This document shows positions 1 to 10,621 of a stretch of DNA of 64,000 nucleotides, piece after piece; within the stretch, counting starts at the first letter, position 1; each line of letters begins with the position of its first letter. The notes beneath the pieces are model-generated. The model made no database searches. It saw only the letters and a program-made list of their open reading frames with translations, and was not told the origin of the DNA. The stretch comes from Candidatus Epulonipiscium sp. (GTDB lineage: Bacteria; Bacillota; Clostridia; Lachnospirales; JAAYNZ01), in NCBI GenBank assembly GCA_012799415.1, contig JAAZLH010000090.1:17668-81667 (forward strand), given 5' to 3'. The translations under genes were made by a program, and so were the position numbers.

Positions 1-162
1 GATGGTTCATATCAATTTTTTGAAGAGCATAGAAGAATTAAACCAGCTCATGTAAAAGTAGTTATCCATCCACCGATAGAAACAGTGGATTTAACATCTG
101 AACAAGTCAAAACACTAGCACAGGATCTACAAATACAAATTGAATCAAAAATTCAGAAATAG
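1..162 (+). CDS. 3' end of probable 1-acyl-sn-glycerol-3-phosphate acyltransferase (partial)
   Basis: Frame 1 is open to TAG at 160-162; DGSY..FE....IKPAHVKVVIHPPIET resembles a PlsC C-terminus. Confidence 0.55.
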   Translation, partial: DGSYQFFEEHRRIKPAHVKVVIHPPIETVDLTSEQVKTLAQDLQIQIESKIQK

Positions 163-200
163 ATAGAAGAAATATATCTTTTTTTTACAGATAATAAAGG

Positions 201-947
201 ATGAATGAGATGACAATGAAAAAATACCGGGTAGATAAGATTTTGGCCTCTCTTGGGATTGGGAGCCGTAAAGAAGTAAAAAAATATATTCGTGATGGTT
301 GGCTAACGGTGGATGGAATTATTATTCAAGATCCTGGGTTTATAGTGAATCCAGCTGTATCAGAATTATATTTTCAAAATCAAAAATTAGATTATCAGCA
401 ATTTCGTTATTATATGCTAAATAAACCCTCAGGGGTAATTTCAGCTACAGAAGACAGATATGATCAAACAGTTATTGATTTATTAGATTTAGAAGATCGG
501 CTAAATATCTTTCCAGTAGGGCGTCTAGACAAAGATACCGAAGGGCTACTTATACTAACAAATGATGGGAAGTTAGCTCATAACCTATTATCACCCAAAA
601 AAAAGGTTCCAAAAACCTATTATGCAAAAATACAAGGTCGGGTTAATGAAGAAGATGGAGAGGCTTTTCAAGCTGGTATTATATTAGATGATGGATATAA
701 AACTTTACCAGCTGAGCTAACTATTTTATCATCAGGAGAAGTTTCTGAAATTGAATTAACAATCTATGAAGGAAAATTTCATCAAGTTAAAAGAATGTTT
801 ATAAGCCGAAATAAAGAGGTTCTTTATTTAAAAAGAATTTCCATGGGAGAATTAAGACTAGATTTAGATCTTGCATTAGGAAGCTATCGACCTTTAACAA
901 ATGAAGAAATTCAGAAGCTTAAGCAAAGTGCTGGAAATTTAGAATAA
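201..947 (+). CDS. rsuA: RsuA-family rRNA pseudouridine synthase
   Basis: N-terminal S4 domain; NKPSG, GRLDKDTEGLL and EGKFHQVKRM motifs. Confidence 0.9.
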   Translation: MNEMTMKKYRVDKILASLGIGSRKEVKKYIRDGWLTVDGIIIQDPGFIVNPAVSELYFQNQKLDYQQFRYYMLNKPSGVISATEDRYDQTVIDLLDLEDRLNIFPVGRLDKDTEGLLILTNDGKLAHNLLSPKKKVPKTYYAKIQGRVNEEDGEAFQAGIILDDGYKTLPAELTILSSGEVSEIELTIYEGKFHQVKRMFISRNKEVLYLKRISMGELRLDLDLALGSYRPLTNEEIQKLKQSAGNLE

Positions 948-967
948 ATTTAGCCGGGAGGATAACA

Positions 968-1459
968 GTGAAATATCAAATCCGTCAAAATGTATTTAGT
1001 ATACGAAGCCGCTTTATTATTAAAGATGAACATGAACAGCCTCGGTATACAGTGGAAGGAAAATTTTTTTCTTTAGGAAAGCAATTGACATTGTATAACA
1101 TGCAAGGAGTGGAAGAGATCTACATCGAACAAAAAATATTCCGTTTTTTACCAGAGTATCATTTTTATAAAAAAAGGCAACACATAGCAACAATTAAAAA
1201 AGAAATTTCTTTTTTAAGACCTCGCTATTATATTGAAAGTAATCAAGGGCATTATGAGATTGAAGGTAATGTATTTGCTTATGATTTTAAAATCATAAAG
1301 AATAAAAAAATGATTGCAATTGTCAATAAACGGTGGTTTTCATTCGGAGATACTTATGGAGTGGAAATAAGTGATTGTGAAGATGTTAGCTTTATATTAG
1401 CGTTGGTTATCGTATTAGACCAAATACATCATGAGGATCAAAAGAATCATTCTTCATAA
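968..1459 (+). CDS. LURP-one/scramblase (Tubby C-like) family protein
   Basis: GKFFSLGKQLTL, GNVFAYDF and KRWFSFGDTYGVEI motifs typical of the LURP-one family. Confidence 0.8.
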   Translation: MKYQIRQNVFSIRSRFIIKDEHEQPRYTVEGKFFSLGKQLTLYNMQGVEEIYIEQKIFRFLPEYHFYKKRQHIATIKKEISFLRPRYYIESNQGHYEIEGNVFAYDFKIIKNKKMIAIVNKRWFSFGDTYGVEISDCEDVSFILALVIVLDQIHHEDQKNHSS

Positions 1460-1478
1460 AAAATTGAATATAGATCCT

Positions 1479-1525
1479 AAAACCCCGATAGATAAGTGGT
1501 ATAGTACCTTGTCTATCGGGATTTT
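1479..1525. terminator. Bidirectional intrinsic terminator
   Basis: CCCGATAGATAAG...CTTGTCTATCGGG stem with A/T tails, between convergent genes. Confidence 0.7.
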
Positions 1526-1534
1526 AAAATGCAG

Positions 1535-3484
1535 TTAAATTATTTGCTCTAATTTTTCTATTTCATCCATCCAAATACGAACACTTGCATCGCTCGGCAT
1601 AGACCAAGCACCTCGAGGAGAAAGAGAGACGGAGCCTATGGCTGGATTATCAGGTAAACAAGAACGTTTGAATTGTTGAGAAAAAAACCGTCTATAAAAG
1701 ACTTTCATCCAATAGAGAATCGCAGCAGAATCATATTTTGTAGAAAAAGCTTGTTGAGCTAAGTAGAAAACCTTGGATGGTGAAAAGTTAAATCGAACTA
1801 TTGCATACATATAAAAGTCATGTAATTCATAGGGGCCAACAACCTCCTCAGTTTTCTGCTCAATTTTTCCTCCAGCTGTTGGTGGTAATAGCTCCGGACT
1901 AATAGGTGTATTTACGATATCTAACAATGTAGTTTGTAGGCCTACATCTGTACTTTGTAATGCAGCCCAACGAACTAAAATTTGAACTAGAGTTTTTGGT
2001 ATACTGGCATTGATAGCATACATTGACATATGATCTCCGTTATAGGTGGCCCATCCCAATGCTAGTTCTGATAAATTACCAGTTCCTATAACTAAGGCTT
2101 GTTCTTTGTTTGCTAGATCCATCAAAATTTGAGTTCTTTCACGTGCTTGAGAATTTTCATAAGTAATATCATGAACTTCAGGATTATGACCAATATCTTT
2201 AAAATGTAAACTAGTAGCCTCTCTGATAGGAATCTCTATCTGGGTAATATTTAAATAATCCATAAGACGAATAGCATTTTCATAAGTCCGCCCTGTTGTG
2301 CCGAAACCTGGCATCGTAATGCCTAGGATGTTATTCCTGGTAATTTTCATCTTATCAAAAGTTTTCACAACTGTAAGAAGAGCCAAAGTAGAGTCTAATC
2401 CACCTGAAATACCTAAAACCACTTTGCTGGTTTGAGTATGTTCTAATCTTTTCATAAGACCAGCACATTGAATATTAAAAATTTCTATGCAGCGTTGGTC
2501 AAGTTCCTCATCCTTTGGTATAAAAGGATGAGTAGAAGGGGGAGGAGAAAGCTTTGCAATTTGTTTCAATGATAAATTAAAGGGGATCTTTTTAATAGGT
2601 TCTGTAATTATACTATATTTCTCTAGGCATTCTCCAAAACTTCTATTTTTTTGTCTTTCTTGCACTAGTTTTTTATAATCTATATCTCCATAAATCAAGG
2701 GAGTTAAAGAAGATGAACAGCTATTTTGAAGATCTAAGTTGTTTTCTGCAATAAAAGAAGCACCTCTGAATACTTGATCTGTCGTAGATTCTCCCTCTCC
2801 TGCTGAAACAGAAAGATAACCACTGATACATCTACCGGATTGTTGCTGTACTAACGATTGATAATAGGCCGTTGAACCAATCGATGTAGGGAGAGCATTT
2901 AAATGTACTATTAAGGTAGCACCTTGAAGGCATAAAAAAGAGCTAGGGGGAATGGGTGCATATAAATCTTCTCCAATTTCTATGCCTATGCATAATTCTG
3001 GATAGGTTTGATCTTGAAAAAGAAGATTAGTACCAAAGGGTACATTTTGTTCACAAATCTTTATTTCTCTTACAGATGTAGAAGATGACGAAGAGAACCA
3101 TCTTTGATCTAAGGAAGCGGGAGAAATTGATAAAAAAGTTTTAGGCACTACACCTAGAATTTTGCCTTGGTGTAAGAGAATACCACAGTTAAATATTTGG
3201 TTTTGTATAGATAAAGGTATCCCTATGACAATTAACATATTGATTTCTCTTGTATAATCCAATATGCGGGTTAATTGTTGTTGGCTTTCTACCAATAACA
3301 GTTCTTGATGAAATAAATCACCACAAGTAGCACTTGTCACAGATAACTCAGGAAAGGCAAGGATTTGAATATTTTTCTTTTTAGCTTGATCTATCCAATA
3401 AATAATCTGATCTACGTTATGTACACAATCTCCAACGATACCTTTGGGGATTGCGGCTCCTACTCTTATATAACCAAAATTCAT
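1535..3484 (-). CDS. nadE: Two-domain NAD(+) synthetase (glutaminase domain apparently degenerate)
   Basis: Nitrilase-fold N-domain (FPELS, PKT) plus synthetase domain (GISGGLDS, ENSQARER, SQQFKRS); usual EICED reads EIGED. Confidence 0.92.
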   Translation of the reverse strand: MNFGYIRVGAAIPKGIVGDCVHNVDQIIYWIDQAKKKNIQILAFPELSVTSATCGDLFHQELLLVESQQQLTRILDYTREINMLIVIGIPLSIQNQIFNCGILLHQGKILGVVPKTFLSISPASLDQRWFSSSSSTSVREIKICEQNVPFGTNLLFQDQTYPELCIGIEIGEDLYAPIPPSSFLCLQGATLIVHLNALPTSIGSTAYYQSLVQQQSGRCISGYLSVSAGEGESTTDQVFRGASFIAENNLDLQNSCSSSLTPLIYGDIDYKKLVQERQKNRSFGECLEKYSIITEPIKKIPFNLSLKQIAKLSPPPSTHPFIPKDEELDQRCIEIFNIQCAGLMKRLEHTQTSKVVLGISGGLDSTLALLTVVKTFDKMKITRNNILGITMPGFGTTGRTYENAIRLMDYLNITQIEIPIREATSLHFKDIGHNPEVHDITYENSQARERTQILMDLANKEQALVIGTGNLSELALGWATYNGDHMSMYAINASIPKTLVQILVRWAALQSTDVGLQTTLLDIVNTPISPELLPPTAGGKIEQKTEEVVGPYELHDFYMYAIVRFNFSPSKVFYLAQQAFSTKYDSAAILYWMKVFYRRFFSQQFKRSCLPDNPAIGSVSLSPRGAWSMPSDASVRIWMDEIEKLEQII

Positions 3485-3820
3485 GGCTATTCACTCCTTC
3501 AAAATTAGTTTAGACTATATGTATTTGCTCTGAATTGAGGAAAAAGTTGTATTTTTAGCAAGTATAGATATTTACTACAAGATATTTAAAGTTTGTAAAT
3601 GTATCAATAAGATTATTTTTTTATACTCTTATTATTCTGTGCAATAAGTTATTATTTATATAATATCATATGGAGTAGAGCAGTTCAAAGAAAAAATTAT
3701 TCAATTTATATACTTGTTATTTCATGATATATTAGCTACAATGAAAAGGTAATAATTTTTACATAAGATAGAATTAACTAGATCACATGAATATTGGAAT
3801 TAAAGAAGGGTGGACTTATA

Positions 3821-4276
3821 ATGGGGAACAAAATTAAAATGGAATGTCAAAAACATATTGCCCTGGTGGCTCACGATAATCGAAAAGATGATTTGTTAGA
3901 ATGGGTAGACAAAAATCAAGACATTTTGAAACAACATTTTTTATATGGGACAGGAACAACAGGAACCTTAGTTTCCCAAAAAATAGGTTTACCTGTGAGA
4001 ACATATAAAAGTGGACCTTTAGGTGGAGATCAGCAGATAGGATCACGGATTGTTGAAGGTGATATTGATTTTTTAATTTTCTTTTGGGATCCTCTAGAAG
4101 CTCAGCCTCATGATCCAGATGTGCGTGCTTTACTTCGAATTGCTGTTTTGTGGGACATTCCTGTAGCAAATAATAAGGCTAGTGCTGACTTTATGATGAC
4201 TTCTCCTTTGATACAGCAAGAGTATGAAAGAACCATTGTAAATTATCAAGCTAAAATTAAAATTGATGAAAGGTAA
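3821..4276 (+). CDS. mgsA: Methylglyoxal synthase
   Basis: [24 protein letters not shown] and [11 protein letters not shown] motifs; start moved to ATG 3821. Confidence 0.95.
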   Translation: MGNKIKMECQKHIALVAHDNRKDDLLEWVDKNQDILKQHFLYGTGTTGTLVSQKIGLPVRTYKSGPLGGDQQIGSRIVEGDIDFLIFFWDPLEAQPHDPDVRALLRIAVLWDIPVANNKASADFMMTSPLIQQEYERTIVNYQAKIKIDER

Positions 4277-4302
4277 CAAAATCTTACATAACAAATAAAA
4301 TA

Positions 4303-4349
4303 ATAAAAACAGAGTGGGTAATTTAATAGATTACTCACTCTGTTTTTAT
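4303..4349. terminator. Bidirectional intrinsic terminator
   Basis: ATAAAAACAGAGTGGGTAAT / ATTACTCACTCTGTTTTTAT inverted repeat between convergent mgsA and lexA. Confidence 0.75.
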
Positions 4350-4406
4350 GTAGTGTTTTTTATAAAAAACATATTATAACTACAATTATTTACTTTTCAA
4401 AACTCA

Positions 4407-5018
4407 TTAGAATCTTCTAAATAGGCCAATGACCTTACCAAGAATATCAATCTCTTGCAGAATAATAGGAGACATAGCAGGGTTTTCTGGTTGTAAACGA
4501 ATATGGTTTGTCTCTTTAAAGAAACGCTTTACCGTTACTGAATCTTCAATGAGGGCAACAATAATATCTCCATTTTCAGCTGTTTGCTGTTTTCTTACTA
4601 AAATTTGATCATGATCATAAATACCAGCATCGATCATACTATTTCCTTCAACTCTTAGCATATAAACAGTGTCATTATTTACATATTCAATTGGTAAAGG
4701 GAAATAATCTTCAATATTTTCAATGGCAAGAATAGGCTCACCAGCAGTTACTTTACCAATGATAGGAACATTGACTAATTCTCGTCGGTTACCAATAAAA
4801 GATTCATCTAATATTTCAATAGCCCGGGGTTTTGTAGGGTCTCTACGAATGAGTCCCTTTTTTTCAAGACGCTCTAAATGTCCATGAACAGTAGAGGTAG
4901 ATTTTAATCCTACTGCCTCTCCTATTTCACGAACAGAAGGAGGATATCCTTTGTTTAAAATTTCTTGTTTTAAGAAGTTAAGAATGTTCTGTTGTTGTTC
5001 GCTTAAGTTATTTATCAT
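4407..5018 (-). CDS. lexA: SOS repressor LexA
   Basis: [17 protein letters not shown] cleavage site, GNSM catalytic Ser, TVKRF Lys. Confidence 0.97.
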   Translation of the reverse strand: MINNLSEQQQNILNFLKQEILNKGYPPSVREIGEAVGLKSTSTVHGHLERLEKKGLIRRDPTKPRAIEILDESFIGNRRELVNVPIIGKVTAGEPILAIENIEDYFPLPIEYVNNDTVYMLRVEGNSMIDAGIYDHDQILVRKQQTAENGDIIVALIEDSVTVKRFFKETNHIRLQPENPAMSPIILQEIDILGKVIGLFRRF

Positions 5019-5098
5019 AAGATCACCTCGAATTTCATATCAGTCCAATTTGGCATTGTCCTATTATCCATAGTATATCACAGGAAGAAGAACAAATC

Positions 5099-5180
5099 AA
5101 ACGAATGTTCTATTTGTTTGCAAAAAGCATTGACAAAGAATAAATGTTCGCTTATAATGAAATTACACAAACATGCGTTC
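5099..5180 (+). promoter_or_regulatory. Consensus sigma-A promoter of yneA with three SOS (Cheo) boxes
   Basis: TTGACA(5130-5135)-17bp-TATAAT(5153-5158); AAAC-N4-GTTC 5099-5110, GAAT-N4-GTTC 5138-5149, AAAC-N4-GTTC 5169-5180. Confidence 0.85.
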
Positions 5181-5193
5181 GAGGAGGGGTTTT

Positions 5194-5517
5194 ATGAAAA
5201 AATATTTCTTTATAAAAAATACAAAACGTTTTATATCTACATTAGTATTGTTTTTATTTATATCTCAAGCCCTATTTGGATTAATCTGGGGAATTCCAAA
5301 TGTAAGAGGGGCATCCGTTCCTTCCACAACAACCTATTTTCATTCAATTCAAATCCAAGAAGGAGACAACTTATGGAATCTTGCCCAACGTTATAAGTCT
5401 GAAAAAGAGGATATTAGAGAGTATATCAAACGCATTCAAAAATTAAACCAACTTAACGGTAATCATATTTATATAGGCGAATATCTAATTCTTCCAATAG
5501 AAGTAGTTGCTCATTAA
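5194..5517 (+). CDS. yneA: YneA-like SOS cell-division inhibitor (TM + LysM)
   Basis: Divergent from lexA; N-terminal TM helix, LysM motif IQEGDNLWNLA; RBS GAGGAGG before ATG 5194. Confidence 0.75.
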   Translation: MKKYFFIKNTKRFISTLVLFLFISQALFGLIWGIPNVRGASVPSTTTYFHSIQIQEGDNLWNLAQRYKSEKEDIREYIKRIQKLNQLNGNHIYIGEYLILPIEVVAH

Positions 5518-5535
5518 AGTTAATAACTAAGTTTT

Positions 5536-6603
5536 TTAACTATCACGTAATTTAACGATTCTTGCTGCCTGTCTACGGCGTTCATCTTCAATTTGAGCAT
5601 AATGTTTTCTTGTTGTATTTACATCTTTATGCCCTAACACATCTGCAACTAAGTAAATATCTCCAGTTTCGCGATATAGATTAGTACCATAAGTGCTTCT
5701 AAGTTTATGAGGTGAAATATTTTTTAGAGTTGTAACATGGTTAGCGTATTTTTTAACTAAATTTTGAATAGATCGTACACTCAACCTTCTATTTTGCAGT
5801 GATAAAAAAAGAGCTTGTTCATGACCTTGGATGGGCTTTTTTTCTATTCTTTCTTTCCAATAATCATTTAAGGCTTCTTCGACTTCGTCACCAAAGTAAA
5901 TAATCACTTCACTTCCACCTTTTCGGATAATTTTAAGTCCATTTACATTGAAATCTACATCATCCATGTTTAGACCCGCACATTCTGAAACGCGAATTCC
6001 TGTTCCAAGAAGCAAAGAAACAATTGCAAGGTCTCTGGTTTTGGTATATTCATGGTATTTTTTTTGAGAATCTGTTAAGGATTCTCCAGATTCTATTTCA
6101 TCTAAAAGTTTTGCAACCTCATCAATTTCTAAACGTACGATATTTTTTTCTCGAATTTTAGGCATATCAACAAGAGTAGGAGGGTTGGTTTTAATTTTTC
6201 TCTTTTTATAAAAATACTGAAACATAGTACGTAAGGAAGCTAATTTTCTAGCTTTACCACGTTCATCATTTTGATATTCGATTTCTTTTGAAGAATCATC
6301 AGGATGTGGTTTTTTATAATAACTAAGATATTCTAAGAACATTTCAATATGATCTGGGGTAATGGTATCTAAATCTTCTATATTTAATTGTTTAACTGTT
6401 TTATTTTGAAAAAGAGGGTGAATTTCTAAAATATATTCAAAAAAAATTCTCAGGTCATAAGCATATCCTATACGGGTTTTAGAAGTCGTCGTTGGCTCAA
6501 TTCCACGAAAAAATTCAAAAGCAAAAGGCGGAAGAGACTCTAGTAACATTCGCAATTGCAAAGAATCTTTTTGTTTCTGTAGTTCATGAAAGTTATTATT
6601 CAT
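5536..6603 (-). CDS. Tyrosine recombinase, XerC/XerS-like
   Basis: GTGIRVSE, RKGG, HKLRST, LGHKDVNTTRKHY catalytic residues intact. Confidence 0.9.
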   Translation of the reverse strand: MNNNFHELQKQKDSLQLRMLLESLPPFAFEFFRGIEPTTTSKTRIGYAYDLRIFFEYILEIHPLFQNKTVKQLNIEDLDTITPDHIEMFLEYLSYYKKPHPDDSSKEIEYQNDERGKARKLASLRTMFQYFYKKRKIKTNPPTLVDMPKIREKNIVRLEIDEVAKLLDEIESGESLTDSQKKYHEYTKTRDLAIVSLLLGTGIRVSECAGLNMDDVDFNVNGLKIIRKGGSEVIIYFGDEVEEALNDYWKERIEKKPIQGHEQALFLSLQNRRLSVRSIQNLVKKYANHVTTLKNISPHKLRSTYGTNLYRETGDIYLVADVLGHKDVNTTRKHYAQIEDERRRQAARIVKLRDS

Positions 6604-6785
6604 TATTTTAACACCTCATACTTTATATTTAATTCTATTATATCATATTTCAATTTTTGTCTCTAATATCTCCTCTGTAGCAATACACATTTTATAATTG
6701 TATATCCAAATATTACGATTGACAAAATCTATATATTGCAGTATTATAATATATGGGTTGCATACTTAACTTAAGGAGGATTATT

Positions 6786-7259
6786 ATGTCAAAAAGAAAA
6801 TCTTATATGAAATGGTCATGGATTATTATTATTCTATTTTTTGTTTTATCAATTTTGGATATTCGTTTTGGACTATTAGGTTTTTTATGCATGTTAGCTC
6901 CTATGTATCATGCTTTAAGAGGAAGAGGTAAAGTACATTGTTCTAGTTATTGTCCCAGAGGATCTTTCTTGGGTAAATTCTTATCAAAGCTTTCCTTTCA
7001 GAACACATTACCCAAATGGATGCGTTCCAAAATATTTAAACATATATTGCTATTTATAATGATGATATTATTTTCTACCTCATTATATCATGCTGGATGG
7101 GACTACTTAAATATTGCTTTTGCTATTTTTCGTTTTATGCTGACATCTTTCATTGTCGGAATTTTAATAGGTGTCTTTTTTAAACCTCGAAGCTGGTGCC
7201 AAATTTGTCCAATGGGACACGCTACTGGCCTCATTAGAGATGCGATTGAAAACAAGTAA
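6786..7259 (+). CDS. Membrane 4Fe-4S-binding protein
   Basis: TM helices with CSSYCPRG and WCQICPMG (CxxxCP) motifs; RBS AAGGAGG. Confidence 0.75.
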   Translation: MSKRKSYMKWSWIIIILFFVLSILDIRFGLLGFLCMLAPMYHALRGRGKVHCSSYCPRGSFLGKFLSKLSFQNTLPKWMRSKIFKHILLFIMMILFSTSLYHAGWDYLNIAFAIFRFMLTSFIVGILIGVFFKPRSWCQICPMGHATGLIRDAIENK

Positions 7260-7356
7260 GACAGATTTATTTTGAGCTAAGAAAATATTTATTCCCTTGA
7301 CTTGAAAGGAACAAGTTTTCTTAGCTCTTTTGAAGAATTGAACTTTATATGTTTTC

Positions 7357-8115
7357 CTAGTTACTTTTTAAAGTTGTTACATTTGTAGATAGATGCCTTG
7401 TTTTTTTAAATCCCGGAATATAACTTGTATCTATGGCTTTAAACAAGCGATCAGATAATCCTGGGTTTTCTTGATTTAATTTTAAAATCAAATTTTTTAC
7501 ATATTCTCTTTTTGTGAAGCCATTGGCAATGCAAGGGTTTTGAACTACAGGTAGACTTTCTTTTTCTGAAAAAGTAATAATATCTTTTTCAGATAGATAT
7601 AATAATGGGCGAATAGAAAAAAGGTTTTTACGATCCAGATAAGTAACTGGAGCGAAAGTATGAATACGGCCTTCATAAAATAAAGATAAGAATAAGGTTT
7701 CTACTAAATCATCTTTATGATGGCCTAAAGCCACTTTATTACAACCAAGCTCTACTGCTATGTTGTTTAAAACTCCTTTACGCATTTTAGCACAGAGGGA
7801 GCAGGGATTTTTTTCTTTTCTTTCATCAAAAATGATTTGGGCTATATCTGTTTTAGGAATCGTATAGCGAATTTCTAACTTATCACATAACTGCTGAATT
7901 CCAGTAAGATCTACACCCTCAAATCCCATATCTACTGTGATGGCTTCAATCTCAAATTTTTTAGGATAAAATCTTTGTAACTCTCGTAGCCCTCTTAAAA
8001 GAGTGAGGCTATCTTTACCACCGGAAACACCAATAGCGATGCGATCACCTTCTTGAATCATGTCATAGTCTTCAATAGCTTTTCTTAAGTTACTTAGTAG
8101 CCATTTCATATTCAT
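7357..8115 (-). CDS. ttcA: tRNA 2-thiocytidine biosynthesis protein (TtcA family)
   Basis: SGGKDS PP-loop, CSLC, GHHKDD and IRPL motifs. Confidence 0.88.
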   Translation of the reverse strand: MNMKWLLSNLRKAIEDYDMIQEGDRIAIGVSGGKDSLTLLRGLRELQRFYPKKFEIEAITVDMGFEGVDLTGIQQLCDKLEIRYTIPKTDIAQIIFDERKEKNPCSLCAKMRKGVLNNIAVELGCNKVALGHHKDDLVETLFLSLFYEGRIHTFAPVTYLDRKNLFSIRPLLYLSEKDIITFSEKESLPVVQNPCIANGFTKREYVKNLILKLNQENPGLSDRLFKAIDTSYIPGFKKTRHLSTNVTTLKSN

Positions 8116-8453
8116 TTTAATCTTCCTTCCAATCTCTATCTTTAAAATACATCTATTTATTATAATTAGCTTTCTATCAACTTGCAAGGAAATAAAATTT
8201 ATTTTTGATGCATATCAAATCTTTTAATCTAATTAACCTAAAAAGATTCTTTTATTTTTAACAATGGATTGTGAGAATTCGGAGATTTTTACAAAGAGAA
8301 TATTGCGTCCCATAGTTTTTATGATACACTAAAGAAAGGAATAATAATATCCATTTGCTTAGCAATGAGTGTATTTTTAACTTGGGCATTTATGGAATAT
8401 TAAGGAAGTAACGAATTATATTTGAGTCTGTTTATATGACAAGGAGGATGGAT

Positions 8454-10145
8454 ATGAGGAAAAAAATTATTATTGTAGGTGGAGTGGCAGGTGGTGCTAG
8501 TGCAGCCGCTAGGCTTAGAAGACTTGATGAAGAATGTGAAATCATCCTTTTAGAAAAAGGACCTTATGTTTCCTTTGCAAACTGTGGTTTACCTTACTAT
8601 ATTGGAGGAGTGATTGAAGATAGAGATCAGCTTTTTGTACAGACAGCCGAAAGAATGATGCAACGTTTTGCAATGGATATTAGAGTACGACACGAAGTTT
8701 TGCAAGTATTACCTGAGAAAAAATCAGTAGTTATATTTGATCATCAAAATCAGGTACAATATGAAGAAACTTATGATTCTTTAGTATTATCTCCTGGATC
8801 AAAACCACTTCAACCAGCTATTAAGGGATTAACAGAAAGTCAAAATATTTTCACTGTATGGACAGTGCCAGATGTAGATCAAATTAAGGCTTATTTAGAT
8901 AAATACAAATCACAACATGCAGTAGTTATAGGAGGTGGATTTATTGGACTAGAAATGGCAGAAAACTTTCATCATCTAGGTCTAAAAGTTACAATTATAG
9001 AGATGGCAGAGCAAGTGATGGCCCCTTTAGACTATGAAATGGCCATGTTAGTTCATCATCATTTGTTATCTAAAGACGTACAGCTTTATCTAAACAATGC
9101 TGTGCAATTTTTTGAGCCTATACAAAATAAGAATAAAACAAAAATACACCTTCAAAGTGGAAGTGTTTTAGAAGGTGATATTATTGTTTTATGCATTGGC
9201 GTTAAACCTAATACAGATTTTCTAAAAGAATCAGGTATAGATTTAAATGTAAGAGGTGGTATTAAGGTGAATAAACACATGGAAACCTCTGTACCTGATA
9301 TTTATGCTGTGGGGGATGCAGTAGAAGTGACGGATTTTATAACAAAAATGCCTGCTATGATTCCATTGGCTGGACCTGCTAATAAGCAAGGTAGAATTGT
9401 TGCTAATCAAATCATGGGTCGAACAGAAGCTTATGAAGGCACCCAGGGAACATCTATTGTTAAGGTTTTCAACCAGACAGTAGCTACAACGGGAGCTAAT
9501 GAAAAAACATTGAAGCAATACCAAATCCCTTATTCTATTTCCTTGACAGAATCTAATTCTCATGCCAATTACTATCCAGGGGCTACGCCCATGATTATGA
9601 AACTATTATTTTCACCTAAAGATGGGAAAATTTTAGGTGCTCAGATTGTAGGAGAAGATGGGGTGGATAAACGAATTGATGTTATTGCTACCGCCTTGCG
9701 GTGGGGAGCTACAGTAGAGGATTTAGAACAATTAGAGCTAGCTTATGCACCTCCTTACGGAGCAGCAAAAGACCCTGTGAATATGGCAGGGTATGTAGCT
9801 AATAATATTTACAAAGGGGATGTAATTCCAGCTTTTTATCATGAAATTCAAGATTTAGATCCAGTTAAAACGTTAATTTTAGATATACGAGAAAAGGACG
9901 AAAGAAATCTTGGCTACATTATTGGATCACTTCATATCCCTCTAGGCCAGTTAAGGCAAAAGATAAACCAGCTACCTAGAAATAAAGAAATTATTATATA
10001 TTGTAGAAGTGGAGCTAGATCTTATTTGGCTTGCCTGATTTTAATGCAAAATGAATTTGAAAATGTTAGAAACTTATTAGGTGGATATGAGTTTTATCAG
10101 GTCATAAACAAGACAAAAAAAGAATTACGCGGAACTATTCATTAA
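8454..10145 (+). CDS. CoA-disulfide reductase with C-terminal rhodanese domain
   Basis: GGVAGGAS, SFANCGLPY, GGGFIGLE, YAPPY motifs; rhodanese YCRSGARS. Confidence 0.9.
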   Translation: MRKKIIIVGGVAGGASAAARLRRLDEECEIILLEKGPYVSFANCGLPYYIGGVIEDRDQLFVQTAERMMQRFAMDIRVRHEVLQVLPEKKSVVIFDHQNQVQYEETYDSLVLSPGSKPLQPAIKGLTESQNIFTVWTVPDVDQIKAYLDKYKSQHAVVIGGGFIGLEMAENFHHLGLKVTIIEMAEQVMAPLDYEMAMLVHHHLLSKDVQLYLNNAVQFFEPIQNKNKTKIHLQSGSVLEGDIIVLCIGVKPNTDFLKESGIDLNVRGGIKVNKHMETSVPDIYAVGDAVEVTDFITKMPAMIPLAGPANKQGRIVANQIMGRTEAYEGTQGTSIVKVFNQTVATTGANEKTLKQYQIPYSISLTESNSHANYYPGATPMIMKLLFSPKDGKILGAQIVGEDGVDKRIDVIATALRWGATVEDLEQLELAYAPPYGAAKDPVNMAGYVANNIYKGDVIPAFYHEIQDLDPVKTLILDIREKDERNLGYIIGSLHIPLGQLRQKINQLPRNKEIIIYCRSGARSYLACLILMQNEFENVRNLLGGYEFYQVINKTKKELRGTIH

Positions 10146-10201
10146 ACTTGTCTTTCGCGAATAGTTATCTATATAGACTTTTACTTTAATGTTTATACAA
10201 A

Positions 10202-10265
10202 AATGACATGAAACTTGGTACACTACTTTCCCTTAAAGAAATTATGAACCAAGTTTCATGTCATT
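10202..10265. terminator. Long perfect inverted repeat, probable terminator
   Basis: AATGACATGAAACTTGGT...ACCAAGTTTCATGTCATT (18-bp arms). Confidence 0.6.
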
Positions 10266-10621
10266 AATAATTTTGTAAATGGGCTTTATTATCTCTGACT
10301 CTTGCCCATCATAGCTTTAAGACCAAGTTCACCAAAATCAACAGTGCATTGTCCTTTTTTTACCTCTCCAGTAAATAACTCTTTATCATTCATACCATCA
10401 TATGGCATGTCTTCTCCCATTTGCTCAATAAAAATTAATCCGTTTTTTTCAATCTATAAGATCTGCTGGGCGGCTGTATATGATTCTTCCGCCACCTGTT
10501 TTATAACTCTATATCGTACACATACTCTAGCTCCTCTTTATATTTCTGTATCGATATAATAATTTCATATTTAAGGATATCTTTCAAAGGTGGCAGGCGC
10601 TTCAAAGCATACTACAAATTT

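Noticed and set aside
5118-5396. 92-aa ORF overlapping yneA
   Set aside because: Spans the promoter and SOS boxes, has no RBS, and is an alternative frame of a better-supported gene
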